Part shown: positions 14,721-27,804 of the stretch, piece by piece | Position numbering within the stretch: the first letter of the stretch is position 1 | Layout of the letters: the number at the start of each line of letters is the position of its first letter | From: the human T2T-CHM13v2.0 reference genome, Homo sapiens | Length of the DNA: 64,000 nucleotides | Reading direction: 5' to 3' (one strand) | Assembly: GCF_009914755.1 (NCBI RefSeq) | Contig: NC_060928.1 | Translations under genes and position numbers: made by a program | Notes under the pieces: model-generated | The model's database searches: none | What the model was told of the DNA's origin: nothing | Seen by the model: the letters and a program-made list of their open reading frames with translations, nothing else

Positions 14721-14955
14721 TCTTGGCTCGCTGCAACCTCTGCCTCCAGGGTTCAAGTGATTTTCCTGCCTCCACCTCCCGAGTAGCTGGGATTACAGGT
14801 TTCCACCACCACACCTGGCTAATTTTTGTATTTTTAGTAGAGATGGGGTTTCACCATGTTGTCCAAGCTGGTCTCGAACTCCTGACCTCAGGAGATCCAC
14901 CCGCCTCGGCCTCCCATAGTGCTGGGATTACAGGTGTGAGCCACTGCACCAGGCC
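14721..14955 (-). mobile_element. AluS lacking its 3' end and poly(A)
   Basis: Starts at tcttggctcgctgcaacctc and runs to gagccactgcaccaggcc. Confidence 0.92.
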
Positions 14956-14959
14956 CATA

Positions 14960-15115
14960 ATTTCTAATAATTATTTATACCTACTCTATGTTCTGCACTG
15001 TGCCAAATTCTTTGTATGGATCATCTCATTTAATCTTCAAAGAAACTCAGTGAGGTCAATATAATTATTATCACTGTTTTCTGAGAAGAGGACTGAAGCT
15101 TAAATTGCCTAATGA
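14960..15115 (-). mobile_element. MIR SINE
   Basis: atctcatttaatcttca...tgagaagaggactgaagct. Confidence 0.65.
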
Positions 15116-15119
15116 TCCA

Positions 15120-18100
15120 TGAAAATGCACTCATGGACATCGACACCCCCCACCCCACCCCAACACCATTGCTGCTGCCACTGGTGCAAACACGCATGCA
15201 GATGCTCATGGCCAAGCCCCCGCCAATGAACCACCCCTGCCGCTGCCAGTGCATGCACATGCGGGAAGACCACAGCCCTGTTACTGCTGGTACCCCCCAG
15301 AAGCTAACACGTGTGCACCTCCCCACAACACAGCTGCTGGCACACATGAGCAAGCATGGATCTCAAAGCCCCAACAAAGTGCCTTGGTGGGTACCACCCA
15401 ACAAAGTGTTGTGGCCAGCAGACTGGGAACATCTCTGCCCCTCCAGCACAGCAGCTTCCTTACCTGGAACAGACAGAGAACAAAGCAGGGGCCTGGTACC
15501 AGCTCCCAGAGTTAGAGTACACACCCTGGGAGTGCTGAGCTGAGCTTTGGCCCCCTAAAATCTTCCAGAAATGAAGCCATTTGATTGAACCCACCTTATA
15601 CCACAAGCAAAACCCCAAGGTCATCAAAAGAGATAAAAGCAAAAAATCTCCATCCAAAAGACAGCAACTTCAAAAACTGAAGAAACATCAACTCACACAC
15701 ATGAGAAAGAACCAGTACAAGAACTCTGGCAACTCAAAAAGTCAGTGTCCTCTTACCTCCAGACAATGGCACTAGTTTCCCCTCAATGGTTCTTAACGTG
15801 GCTGAAATGACAGAAATAGAATCCAGACTATGGATATGAATGATGATCATCGAGATTCAGGACAACTTTGAAACTCAATCCAAGGAATCTAAGGAATACA
15901 ATAAAATTTTCCAGGAGCTGAAGGATGAAATGGCCATTTTAAGAAAGAATCAAACTGATCTGATAGAGCTGAGAAACTCACTTCGAGATTTCATAATATG
16001 ATGGCAAGGATTAACAGCAGAATTGACCAAGCTGCAGAAATAATCTTAGAACTCAAAAAATATATGATTTAAAATAATCAGACAAAAATTTAAAAAAAGA
16101 ATCAAGAAGAGTGAACAAAACCTTCAAGAAATATGGGATTATGTAGATACACCAAATCTATGACTCATTGACATCACTGAAAGAGAGGCGGAGAAAGCAA
16201 ACAATTTGGAAAACATTTTGGTGATATTGTCCATGAAAAATTTGCCAACCTCACTATTGAGGCCAACATTCAAGTTCAGGAAATGCAGAGAATCCTTGCA
16301 AGATACTATACAAGCTTACCATCATCAATACAATAGTCATTAGAGTCCCCAAGGTCAAAATGAAAGAAAAAATGTTAAAGGCAGCCAGAGAGAAGGAGCA
16401 GATCACCTGCAAAAGGAACCCCATTAGGCTAACAGTGGACCTTTAAGCAGAACCCTACAAACCAGAAGAGATTGGGAGCCTATATTTAGCATCTTAAAGA
16501 AAAGAAATTCTAACCAAGATTTTTATAGATAGCCAAATTAAGCATCATAAGCAAAAGATAAATAAGATTCTTTCCAGAGAAGCAAATACTAAGGGAACTC
16601 ATTACCACCAGATCTGCCTTATAGGAGGCCCTTAAGGAAGTACTTAATATGGAAAAATTACTGGCCACCACAAAAGCACACTTAAGTACATAGACCATCA
16701 ACACTGCAAAGCAACTGCACAATCAAGTCTGCATAATAACTAGCTAACAACATGACAGAATCAGATCTGCACATATCAATATTAACTTTGTAATTGGGTG
16801 AAATGCCCCAATTAAAAGGCAGAGAGTGGCAAGTTGGATAAAGAAGCAAGACCCAAAGGTATGCTATTTTCAAGAGACCCATTTCACATGCACTGACACC
16901 TATAGGCTCGAAGTAAAAGGGTGGAGAAAAATCTACCAAGCAAATGGAAAACAGAAAAAAGCAGGGGTTGCTATTCTAATTTCAGTCAAAACAGACTTTA
17001 AACCAACAATGATCAAAAATACAAATAAGAGCATTACATAAGGATAAAGCGTTCAATTCAACAAGAAGACCTAACTATCCTAAATACATATGCAGCCAAC
17101 ACAGGAATACCCACATTCATAAAGCAGGTTCTTAGAGACCTACAAAGAGACCTAGATAACCACACAATAATAGTGCAAGACATCAAAACACCACTGACAG
17201 TATTAGACAGATCATTGAGACAGAAAATTAACAAAGATATTCAGTACCTGAACTTGACACTTGAACAAATAAAGGAAGTAATGGACATCTACAGAACTTT
17301 CCACTCAAAACCAACAGAATATACATTCTTCTCATTTGTACATGGCACATACCATATATCAGCCACACAATGGGCCATCACATAATTTTCAGAAAATTAA
17401 AAAAAATAATTGAAATCATACCAACCACACTCAAGAACACAGCACAATATAAACAAAAATCAACACTAACGAAATCACTCAAAACCATACAATTACATGG
17501 AAATTAAACAACCTGCTCCTGAATGACTTTGGGGTAAACAACAATATTAGGGCAGAAATCAAGAAATTCTTTGAAACTAATGAGAACAAAGATATAACAT
17601 ATGATAATCTCTAGGACACAGCTAAAGCAGTGTTGAGAGGAAGGTTTATAGCACTAAATGCCCACATTCAAAAGTTAAAAAGATCAAAGTAATGACCTAA
17701 CATTACACCTGGGAGAACTAGAAAAACAAGAGTAAGCCAACCTCAAAGCTATCAGAAGACAAGAAATAACCAAAATCAAGAGCGGAACTGAAAGAGATTG
17801 AGACAGAAAAAACATATCAAAGGTCAACAAATCAAGAAGTTGGTAATTTCAAAGAACAAAAAAGATTGATAGACCACTAGATAGGCTAATAGAGAAAAAA
17901 GGAGAAGATCTAAATAAACACAGTCAGAAATGACAAAGGGGACAGTATCACCAAACTTACAGAAATACAAAAAACTCTCAGACTACTACTACAAATACCT
18001 CTATGCACAGAAGCTAGAAAACCTAGATGAAATGGATAAATTTCTGGAAACATACGGCCTCCCAAGATTGAACCAGAGGGAAATTAAGTCCCTGAACAGA

Positions 18101-19161
18101 CCAATGATTGGTTCTAAAATAGAATCTGTAATAAAAAGCTTACTAACAAGAAAAAGCCCGGGACCAGACAGATTCACAGCTGAATTTTACCAGATGTATA
18201 AAGAAGAGCTGGTACCATTTACACTAAAACTATTCCTAAAAATGGAGAAGAGACTTCTCCTTAACTCATTCTATGAGGCCAGCATCATCCTGATATCAAA
18301 ACCTGGCAGAAACACAACAAAAGAAAACATAAAGCCAATAACTTTGATGAATATCAGTGCAAAAATCCTCAATAAAATACTAGCAAACTGAATCCAGCAG
18401 CACATCAAAAAGCTAATCTACCATGATCAAGTAGGTTTTATTCCAGGGTTGCAAGGTTGGTTCAACATATGCAAATCAGTAAATATGACTCATCATATAA
18501 ACAGTAATAAAAACAAAAACCACTCGATCATCTCAATAGATGCAGAAAAGACTTTTGATAAAATTCAGCATCCCTTCATGTTAAAAATTCTCAACAAATT
18601 AGGCACTGAAGGAACTTACCTCAAAATAATAAGAGCCATCTATGACAAACCCACAGCCAACATCATACGGAATGGGCAAAAGCTGGAAGCATTTCCCTTG
18701 AAAATCACAACAAGACAAGGACACCCTCTCTCACCACTCCTATTCAACACAGTACTAGAAAGTCCTAGCCGGAGCAATCAGGCAAGAGAAAGAAATAAAA
18801 GGCATCCAAATAGGAAGAGAGGAAATCAAACTATCTCTGTTTTCAGATGATATAATTCTATACCTAGAAAACCCCATAGTCTCTGCCCAAAAGCCCCTAG
18901 ATCTGATAAACAACTTCAGCAAAGTTTCAGGATATAAAATCAATGTACAAAAATCCATAACATTTCTCTACACCAACAGCTTCCACACTTAGAGCCAAAT
19001 CAAGAACACAACCCCATTCACAATAGCCACAAAAAGAATAACATACCTAGGAATACAACTAACCAGGGTGGTGAAAGATCTCTACAATGAGAATTACAAA
19101 CCACTGCTCAAAGAAATCAGAGATGACACAAACAAATGGAAAATCATTCATGAGTGGATAA
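15120..19161 (+). mobile_element. L1 (L1PA13-16/L1PREC2-like): partial 5' UTR, ORF1, ORF2 EN and RT; 3'-truncated, disabled
   Basis: ORF fragments WIKKQDPKVCYFQETH (EN), [30 protein letters not shown] and [13 protein letters not shown] (RT); many stops and frameshifts. Confidence 0.95.
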
Positions 19162-22077
19162 AACATACTCCCCGTCTTTACCTTGGCTTTCCTTCTTCAT
19201 GATTCTATTTTGAAACTATGTGAGCTGTGGTTAGGCTCCTTATTTTGAGAAACTGCTCAAGATAAGACAAGTTATTAAAATAAAATATTATTGGCAAAAG
19301 GATGAAAAGCTAGAAAACAGAGCAAGATAGATAATGCAACGGATAGCTGAGGGCTTTGAAAACATATATTATATAAAGTTCTGTTTTCTTGTTCTTAAGG
19401 AAAAGTTTTTTAACCAAAAAACACAAGCTACTACTCCTAGAGTGGATAAAATTCTCAAATGCATTTTCAGAACCTTACAATGTGGCTTCAAAATGGGCAT
19501 TATCAATAATTACTCAAAGGCCTGATGCTATTTAATAGCAGACAGAGGAAGGTCACTGTCTTTTCCTGATCCAGAAAGTTTTTCCTATTTTGACTCCATT
19601 TTTTTCAGATGTAGTTTGACTCCAGTGATCAATACAAATTCAAATTGAATACCGTGCAGCAACAAATATGCCATAGTGCCTTTTCCTTTCTTTTTGGCCT
19701 TTTTTTGAACAACATTAATCGACAGAAGAAAGTCAAATGGTTATAGCTAAGAGAAAAAAATAAATAAAAAGGCTTCTGAGCCATAAAAGTACAAATAAAA
19801 ATGTGAAAATAATTTTTGGAAGGCTTGATGAATTTTATCTTTTAGATTTAGTGCATTAGTTTACATTATGTTGGGACTTTGGTTTATGTAAAAACTGGAT
19901 AGTCAAAATTATTAATAATAAAATAATGTGTTCTCAAGAGTAAATCTCATGTCTTTAAATCATATGAATCATTCATCATCATAGGAAGCCATGAATTTCC
20001 ATTACATAGCTGAACAGTTGGAGCATCCCACAACAATGGAAATGTATAAGTGGGGATGATAATCGGAGGGTTCATGTGGTAGAGTACAGTCTAACCAGCT
20101 GGAGGTTCAGTGAGGCATGTGTCTTTCCCCCTGTGGTCACACAATGACCATGCAGTTGGCATGACAACTCTTTTTTCCTACCCTACGAACTTCAGGCACT
20201 GCTACTATTTGTCAGATATCTTTAAACTAAGTCAACAAGATCTATACTTAGGAATATTTAATTAATTAGATGTCCTTACTAAAGTTAATTAATTTATGAG
20301 ATATGAAGGATACTTTGTAATAAGAATAGTTTTTTAAAAATATGAAACAATTTCCAATCCAGATATGGACAATAAAATTAAACTGAATGTGAACTGTTTG
20401 GTAAAAGACACAGTGAGATTTGGATGATATGAAACTTTTTCTTGGAAAAAAGTCTTTTTTGATATGTATGTGAATGACCCTATATAAATGGTAATTACAT
20501 GTACTAACACTTGAAATGATAAGTGAGCAAAAATAAGTGAGTGGTTTTATAATATATTTTATTTCAATAGTTTAATACACATACTTTTTGATAAATCACA
20601 ATAATATATTTTATCCATATGAACTAAAAGGCAACACTTTGAATAGTAGAAAAAATTAAATTTCCCTGCATTATAGGGTATCTAACCTTTTCAACTAATT
20701 TTTTGAGCTACTGAGCCATGATATTTTTCCTTAAAAAGCATTTTTAGAAGCATAAAGTAAACGTAGGTGATAAATTAGGTGTACACACAGGCATGTATTA
20801 ATGACAGCACCCTTCTCCAGAACTTTAGGATGTTTCACGAGTGGGACATCATCTCTCTTAAATTACTATGGAGAAATTAAGGATTAGTTTCTCATGATGT
20901 TAACTGATTTCTTTAATCAGCTAGGGGTTGGCATTTGGCATTATGGTGTGCATGTGAATCTTGGGTAGAATGCATTGTATTGTTGTAAAATTTGAATTAA
21001 TGTGGACATATCTTCCTTTCTCGCTGTCGTATAGTAGGAAAAGTTTTGAGCTTACACTTTGTTCTCCAAAGGATTCAGATGTGTTTGGTCATGTACAAGT
21101 GACTCAGGAAGAGTTCACGGCAGGAGAGAGAGTTTCTAGGTGTTCAAATTGGGTCCCAGGATAATAAGTTGCCGTGAAAGACCTTGCTTATGTGCCTTTC
21201 TTTCTCCACTTTGTCCCTGCCTGACCCATACCAGAGGCTTGTGTTGGAGCTCTTAAAAGGGTAGACGACAGTAAAATATATAGAAAAACTGTTTCACTAA
21301 AGGCTCTGTGAGATTTTGCAGAAGTTCAGGGCAGCCTATACCGGGTAAGCATGCTGGGTTGTATAATATAATGAAATGCGGCCCAGGGATTGGGTGTCAT
21401 AAAACGATAACCTTTGATCAAGCTAATATCTGAAACAGGAGTGGGACTCCTGAACCGTGAGGCACATCAGCCGCATCATAATCAAATTAGAAAAAGATAT
21501 TATTTTTGTCACTTGCATTACCTCTGAAAAAGATACCGTTGGCTACATTGGCCTCTTTCTGAGTTTTGTTACAGATATCTGAGATAGAAGCACAGCCAAG
21601 GAAACGTTGCTTTATACTTATTTATAAGGACATTTTTAATCTGCTTAACATATAGCCTGTACAACATAGGTTGTGTGTGTATACATATATACATACAGAT
21701 GCACACATTTATATACGTATATATTTGTATACACACACATCTGCCTGGTCTTCTAATTAGAGGGGCTGAAACCCAGTTTCAGGCATAAAAACGATCACTG
21801 ATGTCACAGTGCTGTTCAGAGAGTGTCAGTAAAGCTGAGGAATAACGCCGTGCTTACAACGCAAACAGGGCATCCTGTGTGGAAAACAAACAAAAATTGT
21901 CAAATATCAAATATCTAAAATATTATCCTTCATACGTTGTTAATTTTGTTACATTAAACTTTCATCATTCTATTTAATTGGGTATCGAATCACCTTTTAA
22001 AATTCTTAAATTCTTAGTATTTCAAGCTCTTCTGGAGAAAAAAATGAATGACAAGTACAGAAATAAAATACAATCCT

Positions 22078-22373
22078 CAGCAGGTGCGGTGGCTCACGCC
22101 AGTAATCCCAGTACTTTGGGAGGCTGAGGCGGGAAGACCATGAGGTCAGGAGATCGAGATCATCCTGGCTAACAGGGTGAAACCCCATCTCTACTAAAAA
22201 TAAAATTAGCTGGACGTGGTGGCACGTGCCTGTAGTGCCAGCTACTGGGGATGCTGAGGCAGGAAAATTGCTTGAACCCAGGAGGCGGAGGTTGCAGCAA
22301 GCCGAGATTACGCCACTGCACTCTAGCCTAGGTGAGAGAGTAAGACTCTGTCTCAAAATAAATGAAAGAAGGA

Positions 22374-22421
<48 letters not shown>

Positions 22422-22425
22422 GAGA
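22078..22425 (+). mobile_element. AluS (Sc-like) with (GAAA)n tail at ~22365-22421
   Basis: Full dimer followed by a GAAA tetranucleotide run. Confidence 0.95.
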
Positions 22426-23829
22426 ATAAAATTCTCAAATGAATCAGCATTCTAATCCATTTTCGATTTTAGTAGAAGTTGAGAAGATGTCCCTTTTCAA
22501 AACCTAGCAACTCAGATATTCTACACTAATAGAAAACTTAGTACTAACTTTGACTTCTGATAGCCCTAAAAAATAATACAGCTATATCGGAGGTACGTGG
22601 GTAACAATAAGGTAATGTTATCAAATACAAAGTCTTTACTACGTTCAAAACTGCACTCAAGTTTCTTTTATCTGTTCCTTTGAACAAAGATTTTGCAGTC
22701 TTTTAGGAACCAACTCTACCTCTATAAAGTATTCTGCTTCTGACCTGGTACTGTATTCTCCTTGAAGTGTTTCACACACTGATTTTGTGTTGATTTCCCC
22801 CCTTTCTTACACCCCCAGGATTTTTCTCAGTTAGATATGCTGAGTTTATAAGTCAGAAATTTCAAGGATTATTCCTCTAGGCTATCAACCAATAAGCACA
22901 TACAGCAGAACAGAGGGAAGCAATTGTTTCATCATGAGGACCACATTGTGAGTCCTATCTGCCTTCAGAGCTAATTGCCCTTGAACTTTGCCATACTTGC
23001 TTGCTATGTTCCTGTTCCCATTCAAATATCCATCTTCCTGCATCCCACAACACCTACCCACCTCTGCTTACCTAGTAGTAATACAGCAGGGATTCACATG
23101 AATAGGGCACTGGTACATGTGAAAATGCACCTGGAATAAATATAGGGATGGGTCTGCAGAGCCTCTTGCTGCTCATCGAGCCCAGGGTAAGATTCCTTGA
23201 GCTACGTCACACATCACCATCCTGCAGATATTTATTATAATAGAAACCAAAATCTCCTGTTTTATTGCGTTTCAGGCAAATGACCCATTCATCCAGTTGC
23301 TACTGTTTTAAAACACATTCCTCCATGTTTGTGTTTTCCATGGCCACGAGCAGATTGAGTGAAGTAATAAGAAATTGTGGAAATAATTTCTCATCACATA
23401 CATCAATCTATGTGAGTTTTCTTCCAGGCATGTTGCTGAGCATTTTGGAAAATTGGTTGATAATTATCCATGTAGTAAAAGAGCATCTCTCTGTACATCT
23501 TTGATGGGAATTATGCAAGAGAGGTCATCTCATTAAATTTGATCTAGCTAAAGGTATCTCGGCCTTAAAAGGGTGGAAGTGAATTTTGCAAATCAGGAAA
23601 AATAGTGACGATGTATGGCTCACAGGTGCTTCATTATTTGAAAAACAAACACAACAAATGAGGTCAAATGTTAACTACTGAGCTTATAGATAGGATGACT
23701 ATATTACATGTGTGAATAATGAAATAACTAGTCAGAACTTCTAAGCTGAGATAAAATCACAGTGTGAGAAAAGCCTGGGATTTTTGTAGCATTTAGTTGT
23801 GGCCATTCACTTGATTCTAATTCAATCGT

Positions 23830-24194
23830 TGTATTACTCGGTTTTCACGCTGCTGATAAAGACATACCTGAGACTGGGTAATTTATAAAGAAAAAGAGGC
23901 TTAATGGACTCAGTTCCACATGGTTGGAGAGGCCTCATAATCATGGCAGAAGGCGAAAGGCACAAGCCACGTCTTACACGGCAGCAGACAAGAGGGAATG
24001 AGAACGAAGCGAAAGGGGTTTCACCTTTTAAAACCATCAGATCTTGTAAGATTTATTCGCTACCATGAGAACAGTATGGGGGAAACTGCCCCCATGAGTC
24101 AATCGTCTCCCACTGGGTCCCTCCCACAACACATGGGAATTATGAGAGCTACAATTTAAGATGAGATTGGGGGGGACACAGCCGAACCATATCA
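23830..24194 (-). mobile_element. THE1 (A/B-like) MaLR solo LTR
   Basis: tgtattactcggttttcacgctgctgataaagacatacc...gacacagccgaaccatatca; 5-bp TSD atcgt/atcat. Confidence 0.95.
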
Positions 24195-24669
24195 ATCATT
24201 ACATTCAGAAATATATTGAACCCATCAGTTAAATCAGTTCCTTAGTGTGTGCATACAAGACATGGGAAGATGTCCTTTTTCCTCTTTAAGAGTTTTCAGG
24301 GGTCATTGCAAACAAGAGACCCTACATTGTCTCTACAAACATGGCGTGTGGCTCTTTTTATCTCATTTTTTTCCCTCTAACCATAAATACCTCTTGTTTT
24401 CTAGGGGGCCTTTCTAGTACACGTGTGTGTTTGTGGCACAGGGAGAAGGGTGCGAAGAGAGAGGAGATTATCAATTAGGCTTTAAATCTTACACTAATTT
24501 AAATTTATGGATTTCATCAACTCTGAAAAAAATGAATCATTTCAAAGTTGTCAGTAAATAAGTCATGCCATGTTATTACTAAAGTTATGATGGCATTGCT
24601 TGGATATTAAGTCTATTTCCGGATACAATTTAAAGAGTGATGTGAATTTCTATTTTGGAAAATATATAA

Positions 24670-24901
24670 CTGTCTTCCATTGATCACTGCCATTAGGTGA
24701 GCAAGGATTGCCATGGACATGGGACTGCCTGGGAGGCTGACTAGGCAAGAGTAACTGGTAACTAGAAGTGGGTAACTCTCCCTCCTTTCCTATATCACTA
24801 CTCTTTTCCCTCCACTCCTGTCTCCCTAAGTTTACACTCCCTAACAAAAGAGTAGCATATGCCAACACAACCTTTGCTTTATGGGGACCCAAATTAAGAC
24901 A
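24670..24901 (+). mobile_element. Old ERVL-type LTR 3' part (LTR16/LTR33-like)
   Basis: Ends ggggacccaaattaagaca, typical of these LTR termini. Confidence 0.45.
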
Positions 24902-27371
24902 ATGGCACTAAAATTTATTTTGCACCTTGCACTTGGGTTCACAGCCAAAGTGCATTGAAAAAAACATAGCAAAATTTTGATGTGATAATTAAACTCTCCT
25001 CTGTGTTACTGAAGACTTTCTTATCTGGGTCATGGTAAAGCTGCATCATAACTGCAGTCTTATGGGTCATGTTAAAACTGCATATATCTTCTCACAGAGA
25101 TGGAGACATTTATAACATCTGCCTGGTGGCTTGCCCAGCCTTGATTGCAAAAGGGAATAAAAGCACCTTAGAGAGTAACAAAGATGACATGAAGTTTTGA
25201 AAGAGAAAAAGAGAGATGGGATTGATTGAGAAATAATATTCTCATAAAATCTCAGTGTCATGAAAAATATCAAGGATTTCAGCAAAGCCTTTTACAAATA
25301 TAGACTCATTTCCATGGAATCAGAGCAGGCTCCTATAAAGCCTTCAGCCTTTTTAGGTTAGAGGTGGAAAATTTGGGTGCAGAGGAGAAACCCCTAACTA
25401 TACAGCACTGCTCTGGGGCCTTGGGGATCTCCATACACATCCAGAGAGGGTCAGAAATTTGCGAAAGATGAAGGCTTGCACTGTCTCCATCAGCAGCTTC
25501 TGTTAGGAAAGAGACGAGTGAGCCAGGCAAGGGAGAGCATCATGAACCCAGGGGGCGGCTTGAGCCAAGCAGTCCACAAGGCCAGGTGGCCCATAGGCAT
25601 GTGCTATGTCTATTATAAAAGCCACCACAGAGTCCACGGTAGATTCCTTGAGAAATAATGGCTGGAATTTAAAACCATAACTATGTCTTAAGGCACAGAG
25701 ATACTACGGTTTTTCCTCCAGGAAGAGCAGTATAAATCTGTGTTGGCATCATGGTAACTTTAAAATACATGATCACGGTCAGAGAAGGTTGGGGCCAAAG
25801 GTTTCTAAAACAATTCCTTGTGACTCCTTGCTGCTGGGAATGCAGGAAAATGTGCTATCTGTCCAGAGTAGGCTTAGTTCTTAGAGTAACATTCTGAAGT
25901 TTCAAAAAAAAAAAAAGTATTTGATGGTTTTGAATTCCAGGGAGTCAAAGGAAGCTCAATGAAGTTTTCCATGTAGCCTCTTCATTCATTCTGCAGTCAG
26001 TGCAAATACTTTGCACAAAGGTTTCTGCAGGAGAAGTGGAATGAAGAAGTCAGCTGAGGATGATCAGATACAGCAGCCTCCTAAAGTAGATGCCAAACTA
26101 GCAGGTGTAGGGCAGCGTGATTCCGCACTCCTCCGTTGCATGCATGGATAGATATCTACTATTAGAAAATGTAAATGATGATTGCTATTTTCCCCTTCAT
26201 ATTTGTGAAAACAATAGCCAGTAGTTTGTTAGATGACAGATAGATGAGGATACTTTGAGACAAGAAAAGCATGGTTTGTTATTATGGAACTGGGTTAAAA
26301 GGCTATGCTAAAATATTGAGCAAAATGTAAACTTTAGTGCATTACAAACTGCCCAAGCCATTTTAGGCTTTCTTATCAGTATTACAAAGATAAATGGTTG
26401 TTTTCACATTTTCCCCAGTCAGATCAATATTGTATCAAGAATGTATTCGGTAATGCTTAGTTGCCCTCAAAGGGTTATTGAAAAGAATAACAAAAATGAT
26501 GGCTGTGAACCAGTTTTGTAGAAATATGTGTACTATACTAATGTCGGTTATTGTTATTTCTGTTACAATAATAGTTTTGATTTTAACCCAATCTTAAGGG
26601 GAAAATTTTAGAATATGAATTGCAGTTATTCTCAGTAGCCTAACTACACCTTGCGTGTTAGAGGAATCCCTTTTCAATCTCATTCTGCTCAGTCTTGCTA
26701 TTAAATACTTGGTAAATTGAGTTGAGAGTGTGCTAATTGAATTTGCGGACAATCCACAGCCAAGAGTAAATGCTTTAGGAGAGAACTGAAGTATAATAGG
26801 ACTCTGATAAACTGTAGGAAATAGGCCAACTGTCCACCAAATGAGATTTCCTAAAGCTGTCTACAAAGCTCCAAAGCATACAATAAAATAAAATGCCAAA
26901 AATAACAAATGCATTTATCTCTAAGCAATATTATACACGCACACACACACACAGAATTTTCATTCTTCTACATTTTTGCTAATTCTAAAGTCAAGTTTTC
27001 TGCCGCTCCATTCTCCTCTTTGTCTTCTCCATGTTTCTGAGTATTTCTCCTATACCATATTTTCTCCTTTGTGACTCTCCCTATTTGAGTTAAAATGTGA
27101 TTCTGCATAGATCGGATTAGCTATAGTGAAGAGCAGCATTGGCTATTTCTGGAAAAGCTGTCACATGGTTCCAAGCTTAGTGCCACAAGAAGATCACCAG
27201 GAAAACCGTAGGCCTTTCCATGGATCATGGGATCAGGAGAGCCCCACACCATGAGCCTGACACACTCGGGACCAAGGGAGGGAGAAACCACTTAGCCATC
27301 TTGTTCATCTGCACCTCTAACATCGGAGACTTGATTGTTGCTAGGTTCACTTCTTGAATCGTCTCACCCTT

Positions 27372-27790
27372 TCCCTACAGTCCAAGATCTTCACTTACAT
27401 TTCAGTTTCTTGAGATATTGAAATTTTTGAGTCAGTGTAGGATGTTGCCACTGAATATTTGGTTATAATCGTTGACTGTCAATTCCTATAGCACTAAAAC
27501 GGTTTTGGTTTTCTTTTTTTTTTTTTAATTTTGTGTGTATCTAATTTTGATCTCACAATGTAACCACTTTTGTTATTGCTTTTAAGGGTTATCTTTCAAG
27601 GTCTTTTGATAATGATGTCTAACACTTGCAATAGTGAGGCCACACTCTCAGGCATAATCACTAAGGTGTGTGCAATCTCTGTCTCCTTTTTCACTAAATC
27701 TGACAGGCTCCTCCTATAATTATCTAAAACTAGTACTGATTGAGGTTTCTTTAGACTAATGTGTTTTCCCGAAGAGAATTTTGTTTTTAA
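27372..27790 (-). mobile_element. Ancient pogo/Tc2-type DDE transposase relic
   Basis: SVLVLDNYRRSLSDLVKK...TLVIMPESVASLLQVLDIII, then frameshifted KTLKDNP*KQ*QKWLH and ILH*LKNFNISRN*NVSEDLGL*, collinear with pogo-family DDE_1 C-termini. Confidence 0.7.
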
Positions 27791-27804
27791 AATAAATGAG
27801 AGTG

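Noticed and set aside
16826-18850. Active L1 ORF2
   Set aside because: Multiple stops and frameshifts, and the 3' end is missing
21310-21350. Micro-exon ttgcag|...|gtaagc
   Set aside because: Weak polypyrimidine tract; such pairs are expected by chance in 64 kb
23830-24194. THE1-associated PRDM9 hotspot motif
   Set aside because: The corresponding site reads CCTCTCCAACCAT on the minus strand, which does not match CCNCCNTNNCCNC
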